From assembly GCA_001643675.2 (NCBI GenBank), contig LSRY02000013.1:1736001-1800000 (forward strand): a DNA stretch of 64,000 bases, given 5' to 3'. Of this stretch, positions 10,901-24,599 are shown one piece after another. The number at the start of each line of letters is the position of its first letter. Positions within the stretch are counted from its first letter, which is position 1. Source of the stretch: Monocercomonoides exilis PA203. Its lineage: Eukaryota; Protista; Preaxostyla. The position numbers were made by a program, and so were the translations under genes. Under the pieces are notes generated by a model that worked only from the letters and a program-made list of their open reading frames with translations, was not told the origin of the DNA and did not search any database.

Positions 10901-13900
10901 AGAAGATGAAGAAGAAGAAATGCTTACAATGAATGAATTATCGTTCTGAACCAAAATCAGAAGAATTTAATGAGAGGAATATGAAAAGATCAATTCAGAA
11001 ATGGAGAATGAATCAGTTGCTGTTATCTGTTCAATCTGTTTGATTAAGGCAAAAATCTCACAGATGCCATGAGGTATCAGAAAGATTCCACAAAATGTGT
11101 TCCACTCAGATCTCAAAATCTGAATTCTGTCAAGCTCTTGTTCATGATGAAAAACATCTTCTCTGGTTTGTGGCGTGTTTTCTTGCCTGTCTTCATTCCC
11201 CTTTCGAAATAAACTGCATTTTCAATTCCTGCATAAAATATCATTCCTCAAGCAAGTTTCTTTTTTTCCATTTCATTTTTCTCTTTATCTCTCAGGCTGA
11301 CGCAATTGATGAAGAATTCACAACAGATGAAATTGATCTAGATGAAGAAGAAATTGTTTGATATGTTGTTGATATGTTTGAAGCAGAAGAAGAAGATGAT
11401 GATGAAAGAATAGAATTTCAATGATAAAAAGCAATGAGAACAATATCTCAAAAATCCAAAAGATTTTAAAAGATTGTTCTTTCTCACCTATGTGAAAATA
11501 CGAATTTTCAAGCTTTTCTTGTTGAAGAAAATTATTTATGTTTTGATCATCACTTGATTAAACTTTATCAGATTGCATTATAAATTAGATTTTAATAACT
11601 GAAAACATGCGTTGTTTATTGCAACAAAATGTTTTTTGACTTCACACGTATTTCAAAATGTGAACCCATTTAATTTGGATTTTTTCAATCATGAAAAGAT
11701 CTTCAGATGTGCTTTATTCTTTTTAAAATGGAAATACCTGAAGCATTATATTTTCCACCATTTTATATAAATACAATTAATGTTATTTTTTAAAAAAATT
11801 CATTAGCAAATTTTTTTTATTGTCAAAAAAATTTCCAAAAAAGTGAAAAATGCAAACAAAAAAAGATGAACCAACAAAAACAAATAACATATTTGCTAAA
11901 TCAAAGTTAAAAAATTGCTTTTTAGCTGGAATCCGATAGGAAATGACTGATTTTCATATTCCATCAAAGAGAAAACATGAAAAATGAATATTTATGAAAT
12001 TCTAATGATTATTGATGATTTTCTTATTTCAAAATGAAAAACAAAAGGATAAAAATTTTCCACAAGGAAAATATAGCTATTCAATGTTATTTTCAACATT
12101 TTTCGTATTTTTATTTACATTTCAAATTTGATTTGTGAAAAAAATTTTTTTGATTTGAACCATTAAAAATGTTCTGATAACTGTAAAATCCAGATAAAAC
12201 CTTATTGTGAGAGCAGCATCGAAAAAGAAAAGACCAGAACTACTCCATTCTTTTTTGCGATGGAGATACAGAAACAAAAGAATTGAAAGCGAGGGCTTGT
12301 TCAACAGAAGGAGCATTGTCAAATCCTCATTTTGCCGGTGCAGTTCAACAGCCAGAACAAACAAAAAATTCATTAGAAAGGCAACACATAAAAGTAGAGT
12401 CCGCCAGCGTTCCCCTTTTGAACAGTCAGAGCAAAGCTGCTGTCAACAGCGAAGCAGATGCTAATTCCTTTGACAAAACACCACAAACATCGTGCTCAAC
12501 AATAGAATATTCCTTTGAGTGCTCCATCATATTTTTTGCCAACATTATCTTCAATAGTCAATGTGTTTTATTTGCCTTTCCAAGTGAAGCCAAAAAGATT
12601 TCATTGATTTCATCAATTTTCCAAATCTTCATTCCATTCCATTCCGATCTGCATTCTTCTTTGAATATGTTTCCATTTTCATTGCAGCTTTATCAGATTT
12701 GTCGAAAATGCATTGGTTGCATTTTAACATTGAAAAGCAATATTTTGAACATCACTTGAACATCAACCACGTGACATTCATTGTGAGGTTTAAATCGTTT
12801 ATTCGTAAATTCTATTCAATTTGCTTTCTCATTATCCATCATCTTTTTAGATATTTTGACACGAGATATTTTGAAGATGCACCAATTTTATTTTTTTGAA
12901 ATGCACACAATTTTTATCAGAAAAGCGCTGGCTTTGGTGAGAATTTGCATTGATGGGAATTGCTTGGGAAGAAAAGATAACACCATTGGGGCACAAGGAA
13001 GAGAGCGAAGAAAAAGAAGAAAAAGAAGAAAATTGAAAAGAAAATGAAAGGATGAGGTTGATGAGAAGAAGAAGAAAGAGATGGAAGCAGAGCCAATGCA
13101 GAACGGAAAGCGAAGAACAAGAGATTGGGAAGGAAGAAGAGGCGGATGGAGTTATTAGTGTTTTGCAATGAGAATGTTTAGCTGGCAAAGAAGGGCAAAT
13201 TGCGATTGTTCATGTTTGCAGATTAATATTGATTTTTTTGAATGATGAAAAATTGAAGAAATGTGAAATATGAGAAACGATTGAAATTAGTTTTTTTTTT
13301 TCATTTATTTTGGAAAATGTATTTTTGAGTTTTAATTACAACATATGAAATTCTTTTTGTTTGTTTTTTTAAATCTTTTGGAATTTTTTCTTTTCTTTTT
13401 TTAAAAAGAATATGAGAAGAGAAGGTTCAAATTGCATGTTCTCTCAATTGGAATAAAGGATTTCTTGAAAGGCATCTTTTTTCTGAAAAAAAAGCAGATG
13501 AGTATTTTTGAATAACAAACATTGGCTGTTTGTATCAATTGGACAAATATGCAAAATTGAGAAGGAGCAAGAAAGCTGGGGACGAATAAAGCAGAAGATG
13601 TTGTTTGGATGTTTGGAGCAAAGAAGCAGAAGAAGAGTTGAATGAGAAAGAGAGGAAATGAAGAGAAGAAGAGGGAAGAAAAGAAGAGGAATTGATCGAT
13701 GAAATGATGTGAAAGTTGGAAGAAAGTTATGAAGGGAGAGCAGTTGAGCATCAGACAAGTGGAAGAAAGAGAAGGTGGATGAAGAAAGACTCATCATTTT
13801 AGAACAATTGGAAAGGATTCATTTTATAATTCGAAACAACACATTCAAATGGTGATTTTGAAATCATTTTTTTTGGATGAGAGATTTTCACATTTTTATT

Positions 13901-14222
13901 ACTTTGCTGGACAGCAATTTCTTTTTGAAAAGGTTTTTTTTTCAATCTTTCATTCAATTTTATCTTTTTATTTTATTTTATTTTTTGAAGTGAAAGAATT
14001 TCATCTGCATCAGCAAATACCGATTCATGCCCGACAAAAACCAAAGAAAACAACGTGCTTTGGATATGCTCCAGATGTATTTCAAAAGCCCACAAAATGA
14101 TTTGCTGAAAGAAAGATTTTTTCAATTTTCCATTGCGAAAAAAACCATTATTTATTTCGATTTGATCATCCGGAAAAAAATAAAAATTTTCAACTCAAAA
14201 TTGACTTTCATTCTGCTTGAGA

Positions 14223-17200
14223 ATGCTTTTGTTCATTTTTGCATGCTTGATTTTTGGAAATACATTTGAAGCACAATATGTCTCTGGAACTGCCACATTT
14301 CAAAACAAAGGTATTCTTTTGAACTGTTATTTTTTCAATAATTTTCTTTATTTGTGTTCAGGTTATTCAAATGATGCACAATATCTGTCAGAGACTGATG
14401 TTAATTACTTGATTGAGCAGAATGCATTGTTGGAAGTGAAAAGATCACAGTCAGGACTTTCTACAGTGAAAAACACATTTTTGGGATTGCACAATTCTTC
14501 AGTTGGACTGAAAAATGTGGCAATTGAGCATTCTTCTTCAACATGTGTGCTAATAACAGACAAATCAACTGTAACAATAGATTCCTGCATTTCCCACCAA
14601 AAATCGGAATCTCCGTTTCTTTTGCAAAGTGGGGCAATCTGTTTCACAAATATGAGTTTGATCCCCCAAAAGAATTTGAACCCTTCCAGCCTCATATTTT
14701 CATCTGATGATTCAAATTGTGTTATTTTCAGAAATTCCATCGTTGAAGATCTGGCTGTCTCATCATCAGACTATTTCCTGCTGTCTGGAAAGAGCGAAAG
14801 TGAACAGATTTATGATTGTGCCTTCAGGAACATTTCGGTGAAATATGACAAAAACAGTGATTACCAAATCGAACATTCATGCTTGTTGAGTTTTATGGAG
14901 AACTGCCTTATTTATTCTTCTGCTAATGTCTTTGAAGGAGGTATTTCAAGCGGATCATATTCTTCAGAGGAATTCATCTGCAAAAACACATCAATATGCA
15001 AAGGGAGAAGAGAAGCAAATTCCCTTCAGAAAAAAGTGCATATTGATTCAACAGCAAATGAATCCTTTTCTTTATGTGAATGGATTGATTGCATAGCCGA
15101 ACAAGGAGGTGCACTTTATGTGCATGACAATGAAAAAGCCATCCTTCGAGTTGAAAATTCTTCATTTACTCGATGCAATGCTTCATCCACAAGAGGGGGC
15201 GCAATATATGCACTGAAAATCGCTGAATGCATTGTGCTTCATTCATCATTTTCTCAATGCACATGTGCTTCAATTAATGTAGATGGTGGTGGAGGAGGAA
15301 TTAGGGTGGAGAATGTGTATGTGCAATCAATGGTCGACGATTGCTCCTTTCGAAATTGCTCATCCGGCAACGATGGAGGGGCAATAAACCTGCGTCCAAC
15401 AAATACAAAAAGGCAGAAAGAATGCATCATCAATTCATTGTTTGATAACTGTCGAAGCAATCACTCAACTAACGGGATCGGAGGTGCGATAGAACATTTT
15501 TTCGCAACAGATAAAGTTGTTTTTTCAAATTGCAAATTCAGTAATTGCATTTCCATGTGCGGAGGAGGTGCTGTTGGTGTATTAATTAACAGTAACAATA
15601 ATGGAACATTGTTTTATTTCTGCTTTTTTCACAATAATTCATGTGTGAAAGGAGGTCATGATATTGTCCTTCAAGATTCAACATCAAACAACATTGATTC
15701 GACCTGCTGTTCAACAAGGAATACAACAAATAGAGTCAGTGCAGAAACATATTCAGTTTTTGATAAAAGCGAATGGCTTCGAAACAATTTTGGAATAATG
15801 AGATTTGTTTCTTCGACTGAAACACAACCTTATGCAACTGATACATATGCATGTGGGCTGGATAAAATTCATCCTTGTGGAACTATCAGGCATTGTTTGA
15901 CTCAACTTATTCCTGATATTGTCACAGATATTGAGATACTCACAGGAACGATCACAGAAACCAAGAAAGTGGATTGTGGAATTAACACTTTCACAATATA
16001 TGGCCAAAGTGATTTGAGTTCAACAGTTCGAATAGAATTTGAAACATCTGGGTTGTCTCTTTTTTCTGTATCAGCGGGAACATTAACAGTCAGAGATTTT
16101 ATCCTTGTGCATAACTCGGTTCATCAGAATAACCGTGGGTCAAGGCTGTTTGAGATTACAGGAGCAGGAGGAATGAGCGTCAGCAGACTGAACATATCTT
16201 TTGGGAGCGGACAATCTTCAGAAACAGCGTTTGCCACTGAGCTGATAAATGTTCAGAGTGGTATGTTGCAGATGGAAAGTGTGAACTGGGTAAAGACTAT
16301 CTCCACAACTTCATTGTTTTCGCTTTCTTCAACAAATGGAATTTCGTTGACACTTTCAAAATGCACCTTTGATGGGATTGAAAGAACAACCAGCGGAGCA
16401 GCTGTGATTTCGTTTTCCAACGATAAGGCAAATGTTGATCTAAATTCGAGCACTTTTGAAGGATGTGGAAGCAGAACATCGTCTGATGGGGGATCGATGA
16501 TGCTGTGTGCCGGAGAAGAAAATGAAGTGAAAGTTGAAGGCGGGACCTTTGATGGATGCTTTTGTTCAGCAACAGATGGCCTTGGGGGAGGAATCCTTCT
16601 TCGATTGATGAAGGAAAATCCAAATTTCCTGATATCCTCTTCATTTGGAACAAACACAGCCAAGTGGGGAAGCGACATCTTCGTCTTATCACCAAATCTG
16701 GAAATGACTGCAAAATCAGAAAGGATCACATGTGTGGAAGCATCTTTGGATTCATTTGACAAAATTCGAGGATTCGACAACGGAAATACAACTTTGGCTT
16801 CTCTCTGTGCATCTATCTCTTCAACCCAGAAGAAATCTTTGCGAGAAATTCTGAGGCAACTGACCATTCTCACTGTGGAATAGTCCAATTCCCTTGTGTG
16901 ACAATGAAACATTCGCTCACACGTCAAATAGGAACAAAGAAAGTTGTTGTGAGTGGAATGATTTCTATGAGCGATGAATTGGCATTTGATGAACAGAAGC
17001 ATGAAATCCGAGGAAATGATGATCAAAGTGGTTGGACGGTGTCTGATGCAAGTTCAATTTCCAATTCAGCGATGATAACAGCAAGTGCTGAAACAGAATT
17101 ATCAACACTTATCTTTTCTCTTCCTCCTTCTCTTTCATCACACTCCATTTTTATTTCTTCTTCTTCGCAACTGACTTTGTCTCATTGTTCTCTTTCCCTT

Positions 17201-20200
17201 CAAAATTCTTTATCAGAATTGACATTTCTGTTTTTATCCGTTGAGTCCGGAACCTTGGCTGTTGATTCGTTTTCAGCTTCATCGATTGATTTGAGTGGAT
17301 ATTCATTGATCTCATTGTCTGGAAGTGGAACAAATACAAAGTTGGTGGACGCTCTGTGGCTGAACATGACGAAATGCAATTTCACAGATATCGAAAGAGC
17401 AGCTGGAAGTGGAGGCTGTGTGAGCATTGATAATAGCAACGATGAAAATTCACATGGCGAAATAAATATTGAAAAATGCGATTTTGAGGAATGCTCTGTG
17501 ATGGCTGATGAAAGCAGAGGAGGCGCAATCAACGCCCTGTTGAAAGGGAATACTCAATTGAACATTATTTCATGCACATTCACAGGATGCACAGCACCAA
17601 CTGGAGAAGAAGGGAAAACTGGCTTTGGTGGAGGGATGGCACTGAAGCTGATTGATGGTGATTCTTCATTTGTGATATCATTACCTGTTTTTGAGGCAGA
17701 CAAGCCAAATGTTGCAAAATATGGAAATGATCTATTTGTTGAAGCATTCAACTTGACAAAGAGTATCACAAACACCTCACTTCCATTTGTATCAGAGAAT
17801 CTTGCTGATTTTTCCTTGAATTCTATGAGAGGCTTTGATGGGATTGACACAACGAATGCCATCCCGCTGGTGTATTTCTGGCTTGAACTCGGATCGGAGA
17901 TATTTATTGGAGGTGATGGAAAAGATATGAGTGCATGTGGATTCTCAGATTATCCGTGCCTTTCAATTGATTATTCACTTTCAAGATTATCAGGAGGAAG
18001 TGAAAGGAATATTACCATCATTGGAAAAGGAATTCTTCAAAAGAGTGTTGAACTTAGTGACATATCTATCAAATCGGATGATACAAATAAATGCTCTGTG
18101 GAATGTCGTTCATCACTTGAAGGAGCAGAAGGAGCAGCAATGAAGATTCAGGGTATTACCAATTTCGAACTGATAAACTTTGTGATCCAAACATCATTTG
18201 AAAATCGTATGAACGTTTTGATGCATGTTGATTCAAGCGAAGGATTATTGACTGTGAAAGACTGTTCATTCACTAAAATGGAAGAAAGCGGAGAAGAAAT
18301 AATTAACATTGAGTTGATCCAGGCAGATGGTGGCACAACTCAATTGGAATTTGTGAAAGTTCAATCACTATGTTTTTCACAAGATATTATTTCTGTGCTA
18401 TCTTCAACGATTTTGAAGATCAAAAACCTGACAATGAAGAATGTTGAGCTGGATGGAGCAAGCGGATTGAGCATTTCAAAGAGTTCAAGAAGAGAGAAAA
18501 ACCATGTGGAACAAGATGTTCTTATTGAGTGCAGTTCATTCGAAGAAGTCACTCAGAACACAACCAATGATATTCCCATCATTCGAAATGACAACGATGA
18601 GCCTTTGAAAATGGTGATTCGAAACACAACGATGAAAAGATGTGGAGGTTTGAAGTGTGGAAAGGGAGGAGGGATGTTTTGTGGGTTGAATGAGGGAGGA
18701 ACCTTCGACTGCTCATTTTGCACGATTTCTGAGTGCTTCTGTTCAACCACAGGAAGAGGTGGGTGGCTGTTTCTGGAATGCACCTGGACAGTTGAGCAGC
18801 CTCTGAATTTTGTCCTTTCGAATATCACATTCAAAGACAACTCTGCATTGAGAGGGAGAGATGCGTATGTGAGATGCCACTCAATTGAAACACAAATAGG
18901 TGAAAAGCAATTCTTGCTGGATTTCAGAGCACCATTTGTGAAGGAGCTTGCAATGTGGGGCTGCACAACAGATTCGTTTGTTGGGGAAGAAGATCTATTG
19001 CTGATGGTTGTGAGATACCAGAGTGAGACAATATTTGTGTCTTCTGTTGCAGACAATCACACAGACAGCAAGCAATGCGGAGAGTTCAGCGCACCATGTC
19101 ACTCATTGGATACGGGAGTTCAACATATCATTCCTTCATCATATTCGCAGCTGTTAGTGTCAGAGGAGACGATCATCAATGGAGAATGCAGTGCACATAA
19201 TGTCAGCATACACTCGCTGGAATCTCCCTCAGCTGCTTTGGTTCATCTGAACTCAACAATAACAGACGAGGGAAGTCTTATCACAACCTCAGAGAATGTT
19301 CGGATTGAGAGATTGAAATTCAACTTTGGCAAGTCGTTTTGTTATTCTGGAAGTTCAATTATCCATGAAGCAAATGGACAGCTTTCTCTTTCAATTGTTG
19401 ATTTCTCTTCAGTTGTGGAGTCAAACAGCATTCCATCTGTTGCTCTCAACTCAACTTTGCTGAGCATTGCAAATGGAATTCTGCATGTTGACAACTGCTC
19501 AGTTTCACTCCTTTCATTCAAGAAGCCTTCGCTTCTGTGCAATGGAGATGAGATCAATATCACAAATTTCAAACTGGAACAAATTGAATCAACATCAAAT
19601 GTATTTGAGATTGGGCAGTGCAAAGAAGTTGCATTTAATTGGGTTGTGGCTGATGAAGTGAAGCTGTCTGAGGGCTGCATCATTGCGATTCATGGTTCGA
19701 ATTCAGGAACAACTTCGATTGGAATCTCCTCATTCAACAACTGCTCAAGGAATTCAGGAGGATCTTCTGTTCTCTCTGTTTCTTCAACTTCTGCTCAAAT
19801 AACACTTTCAAACTGCACTTGCACGAATTGTGTTTCATTGTCTGAAAAAGGGAGCATAATCCAAGTGAGCAATTCAACGAATGTTTTTTTGGAGTTGTGT
19901 CGATTTGTTGGAGTTCTTGAGAAAGAAAGGGAAAGTGATAGAATTAATTCTTTTGAAGAAATTTGCAAATGGAGTGGATCACTTGTTCATTCAGCGAATT
20001 CTTCACTGATGATGAATTATGCGACAATATCGAATTCTTCGTCAGGAGGATTGTCCATATCTGCTGGCAATGTGACAATTGAGAAAGGAGAATTCTTCAA
20101 CAACAATCCTTTTGTTCAGAAATATCCCTCTCTTCGCAGAAACATCATTTGCTCAGATTCCGCCTCATTGACCATTTCCAGTTTGAAAGGAGGAGATGGA

Positions 20201-21979
20201 GTGAAGGATAACTCATCGCTTTGGATCCTGAATGATGGATGCACCCTTGGAGGGATAGCAGGAGAAAGATCATCATCTTTCTTCATTCCAAAACTCGAAG
20301 AGGCATCTCTCATTGAAAATGGCAGCAATGTTGTTGTGAAACTCAAAGGAGCACTTCTTCTTCCTTGTGATTTGTCATTCAGACTGGTGTATAAAACAAG
20401 GGATGTGGAGTTGGTTGAGACATATCCCTTTGATGAAAACAGTTTTGTGTCTGAAGGTGAAGTGATTGGAACAATCCCTTCAGAAAATATTTCAAAGATT
20501 GGAGAAGAAACAGAAGTATCTGTGATGATTTTGTTTGGAAAACAATTGGCTGCGACTTCTTCACAGATACTGAAGAACAGAAGTGAATCCAAGGTGAATG
20601 GAGATGAAAGGATTTCTGAGGGAGGAAAAGAAGGAAAATCTTATTGGTTGCTCATTGTTATCATCCTTGTTGTGGTTTTATTGATTGTTCTTATTGTTTC
20701 TGTTATTCTTGCAGTCAGATGGAAAAAGGCAAAGAGAAGGACAGAGGAATTGGAAGAGATTGTGAATGATACTGTGAGAAAAGATCCGAAACTGATTGAG
20801 ATGACAACAATGGAGATGTCTCCAGAGGAGCAGTGGAGGAGAGCAGAAAGAGAGGCAGAGAAGAATAATGAAGAGAGGATCAAGAAGAGGGTTTATGCGA
20901 AAAGCCTTCAGCATTCAGAATCGTCAGAGCATTTGCTGGCTGAGAGTGGATCGACTGAATACATATTGGGGAAAGACTCAGACAATATTCCTGAATGGAT
21001 GTTGGAGAAGGTTGACGAAAAGGAAGAAGAAGAGATAAGGAAGAGAACTCCATCGCCATCAATTTCTTCCACTTGTTCAACTGATTCAGATTCAACTTTT
21101 GTTCGATCAGAGAGTCTGTGCCCCACAACCTCATCGATGTCGAATCTGGTGGATGCAATGGCCTGTTCATCTCCTCACGAGAAGCTGATTGTTGACTTGA
21201 GAGATTCGCTGTTCATGTTGTTGCATGGAAGGAACAAAACAAAGGAGATGGCGATTGGGAGTTTGAAGGAAAGGGAGCAAACAGCTGCTCAAATCCTGTT
21301 CTGGGTGGCGAATGGAGCTCTCCACTCCTTTGACGAGATGGAAAGCTCACTTCAGTCATTTGCCAATCTGAGTCCACATATTGTGTTGTTCTCCGAACAC
21401 ATGGTCATCTGCATTGTGATGCATTCAGACATTTTATCAGATGATGACTCTGATTCATCATCGATCTCATCATCAACCGTTGTGACATCTGCCAGTGACG
21501 ATGGTGATGATGATGACTCCCTTCCCTCATCTGCCTTTGAGGATGAGGGACTTTTCAAAAAAGAGTGTTTGAGGTGGAAGGCGCCAGAGCTGCTGATCAA
21601 CAAGAACATGGGGGCAACAAAGAAGTCGGTTTCATTCTCGATCGGGATGATGCTGTGGGAGTGCCTTACACTCCAGATCCCGTTCGGAGATTACGAGGCA
21701 GAGGTGGCTGGGCAGAAGATAGTGAATGGAGAGAGACCTAAAGTTGAATGCGTTCGAGAGCTGTCAATGGGAGCGATTTCGGAGAGGTGCTTGTTGGAAG
21801 AGGGCGGAAGCAGGCCGACGCTCGTTGAGCTGAAAAGAGAATTCATCCAACATTTCCCAGCTGGAGCTGTGATGCTCACTGTTTCAGATGCGATAGACAT
21901 CAGCAGAGAGACATACAATGGAAACAGGGCAAGCGGGACAATATCAGAAGGGAGCATTCTTGGTTCAATGAAGGAGTGA
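14223..21979 (+). CDS. Giant type-I membrane receptor: signal peptide, GGA-rich right-handed beta-helix (pectin-lyase/Pmp-like) ectodomain, one TM helix, TKL-like pseudokinase; 1-nt frameshift near 16800
   Basis: Signal MLLFIFACLIFG. Repeated GGAL/GGAI motifs and CG...PC..I Cys blocks. TM YWLLIVIILVVVLLIVLIVSVILAV. C-lobe motifs LRWKAPE, SFSIGMMLWECLT..IPF, GERP. In-frame 51-nt intron 14311-14361. The frame of ORF 16898 extends back to ~16806 as LCIYLFNPEE..HSHCGIVQFPC. Confidence 0.85.
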
Positions 21980-23699
21980 GATGATCACGCACAGACTGAG
22001 AATAGAAAGCATTCACCATATGTGGATGTTGGAAGTGGTGGTTTCTGTTCGAGTTCATTGGTGATTAATTGGAAAAATAAATTTTTGACGATATTCACAA
22101 AGCAGGACATAGGAAGCAGCGAGATGAATAAGGAGCGAAAAAATAAAAAGGAATACCGTGAAAAAGGAAAAGGAAAAGAAAAAGAAAAAAAAGCAGTGTG
22201 GCAATCATGCGGATGGAGTTGCCACAACTGTGAATAATGATAATAGTTGTTCTATAGAATATTTAAAGCTGGCTTTTGTTATTTTTGGTGAATGAATAAG
22301 ATTTTTTAACTTTTTTTTTTTTGAAGTTTATCGATTTTTTAATGGATTGTTTTTATTGTTTTCTTAATCCTTATTTTTTTCAAAAAAATTGTTACTCTGA
22401 TTTTTATTTATTGCTGCAGCTGCTTCATGAAGAGACAAATATTGAAATTATCACAATATTTTTTCCCACCAATAGTTTTCACCATTTGTATTTGTATTGT
22501 TCCATTTTGTTTCAATTCTGTTCAAACAATTCCAGTTGAATTAGCTTTTATTCACTTTTGTTTTCGTTCTTCATTTTTTTGATAGCCAGCCTTTTTCGTT
22601 GTTTCTTGTTCTTCACATGTGTATATATTCATGTACCTCACAAGAATTTTTGAAATTCAGTTGTTTGTATTTCAAATTCATTTCATGTTTGTATTCATCC
22701 ACTGAATTTTTGGAGAGGAAATATCATTTTTCAATTCTTTCAACAAATGAATATAAAATGCATCACGATAATTCATCAAGCATGTTTCTGCTGCAAACAA
22801 ACAGATTCTGACAGTCTTTTGATAGATCTCAGAGACAAATAATTTTCATATTCCACTTTTTCATCTGTTCAAAAGCAATACAAATAGATAATTTGTGTGC
22901 AAAATGAAGGCAAAGTCGATGAAAGTTGTGGAGATGCTCCATAAGAAAGAAGAAATTGCCTAAAAAGAGCATTTGAGGACAAATCAAAAGATGACTGTTG
23001 TTCATTCAGTTGTTTCGTTGAATGTTCATTCAAAAATGAATGTTCATCCAAATCATTTTCCTTCATCGATTCATCTTCTGTGACAAGTCGAAGGCTCGTT
23101 TCATTGCCAAATCCGAAGAAGATCATTTCAATCACTTATTTTGTCCGAGAATTGTTTTGATAACTAGTTCTTTTAATCTGGAGCTTATTAATCTTCCACA
23201 TGAAAAAAGTCAGGGTTGATCTCCATTCCTTGTTGAATGCCTTTTGATCAACTTTTCTCAATAAATGTTGAATTGTCACCATTTTCATGTTTTTTTGTCT
23301 GAAATAATGTGAAAGAATGAATATTCATTATGTATCGATGAAAAATAATGAAAGAAAAGGAACAATGTTGAATTCAAGTGGAGTTGAATGAAGTGGAAAA
23401 AAAAAACAACTCCAATTTTTGTTGTCTGTTGAAGGAGTTGAAGAAGAAGTTGATAAATGAAATGAAATGAAATAGATGTGAACAGATGACATTCCACCAC
23501 CAAATTGTGAATGAAAAATGGAATGAAGACCCACACATTAATTGATCTGCTCAGAGGAAGGAAAGCGAAAGAAACTATTTCCGGTTCATATTGTGGAATT
23601 GTTGAATTGTTGGAGAAAAATGTATCAGTGGATTTATGCTTCATTTAAGAAGTGACAGAAATCGACAAAAATGATGAAAATGGAAAAATCAAGAAGAAA

Positions 23700-23875
23700 A
23701 TGAAGGAAAACGATGAGGAGGGAAAAGAAGAAGAGGGAGAGGAAGAGAAAGAAGTTGAAGAAGAAGAAGAAGAAGAAGAAGGAGGAGGAGGAGAAGGAGA
23801 AGGAGGAGGAGGAGGAGAAGGAGGAGGAGGAGAAGGAGGAGAAGGAGGAGAAGGAGGAGGAAGAAGGCAAAGAAG
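23700..23875. repeat. (GAA/GGA)n purine microsatellite
   Basis: Directly visible. Confidence 0.85.
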
Positions 23876-24599
23876 GCTGGGTGATTGAGAATTGTGAAAT
23901 AAATCCAATCCTTTTTATAAAGATGTTGAAAATGACTTGAGTGAAGTCGATTGATATAAATAATTCATTCGCTGAGTTGATTTCAGATGAAATAAACAAT
24001 CATTATCACAAAATATGTGAAAGGCAGAGAGATTCAAACAGATGAAGATGGAAGTCCACAAATCATCGACTGCCTTTGTGTGGTTGAACTGTTATGTCCC
24101 TCAGAAAAAGAAAATTGTGTTTACCCATTGGTGTTCATAATTCAAACGAACGAAACGTCTGATGAGGGTATGGGCAAAGAAGAATTCGAAATCGAAGAAG
24201 ATGTTAACAATGGAAGAAGTTGACACAAATACTAAAATTTTCAAAGACAAGGAAAAGAGAAAGATGAATTTTTTGATGATGTGATTGGTGTATCGATTCT
24301 GGAAATGAGCATCTTTTATTGAAGTGAGACTGTTGAGAAAGATAAGGAAGGTGAAGAAGAAGAGAAGATATCAGCTTTTCCAAGATATATTGAGCAACAG
24401 AAAAAGATGAATTTGTTCTGAATGAGAATGCATAAAAAGCACATCTGCTCTGATAAATGTTATGCTTCTGCCAAGCATTCCGAACAAATATACCAAACAA
24501 ACTGCTTTCTCTCTCTTTCAGGCTCATGTCAAGCATTATCAGGCTTTTCAATATGCATATCAGATGGCTGAAGTCACGAATATCATTGTTGAATGGATG

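Noticed and set aside
12122-12760. Possible further transposase relic on the minus strand (FAVDSSF ... FFFDAAL)
   Set aside because: Motifs too generic, with no CxxH and no visible homology to the other relics.
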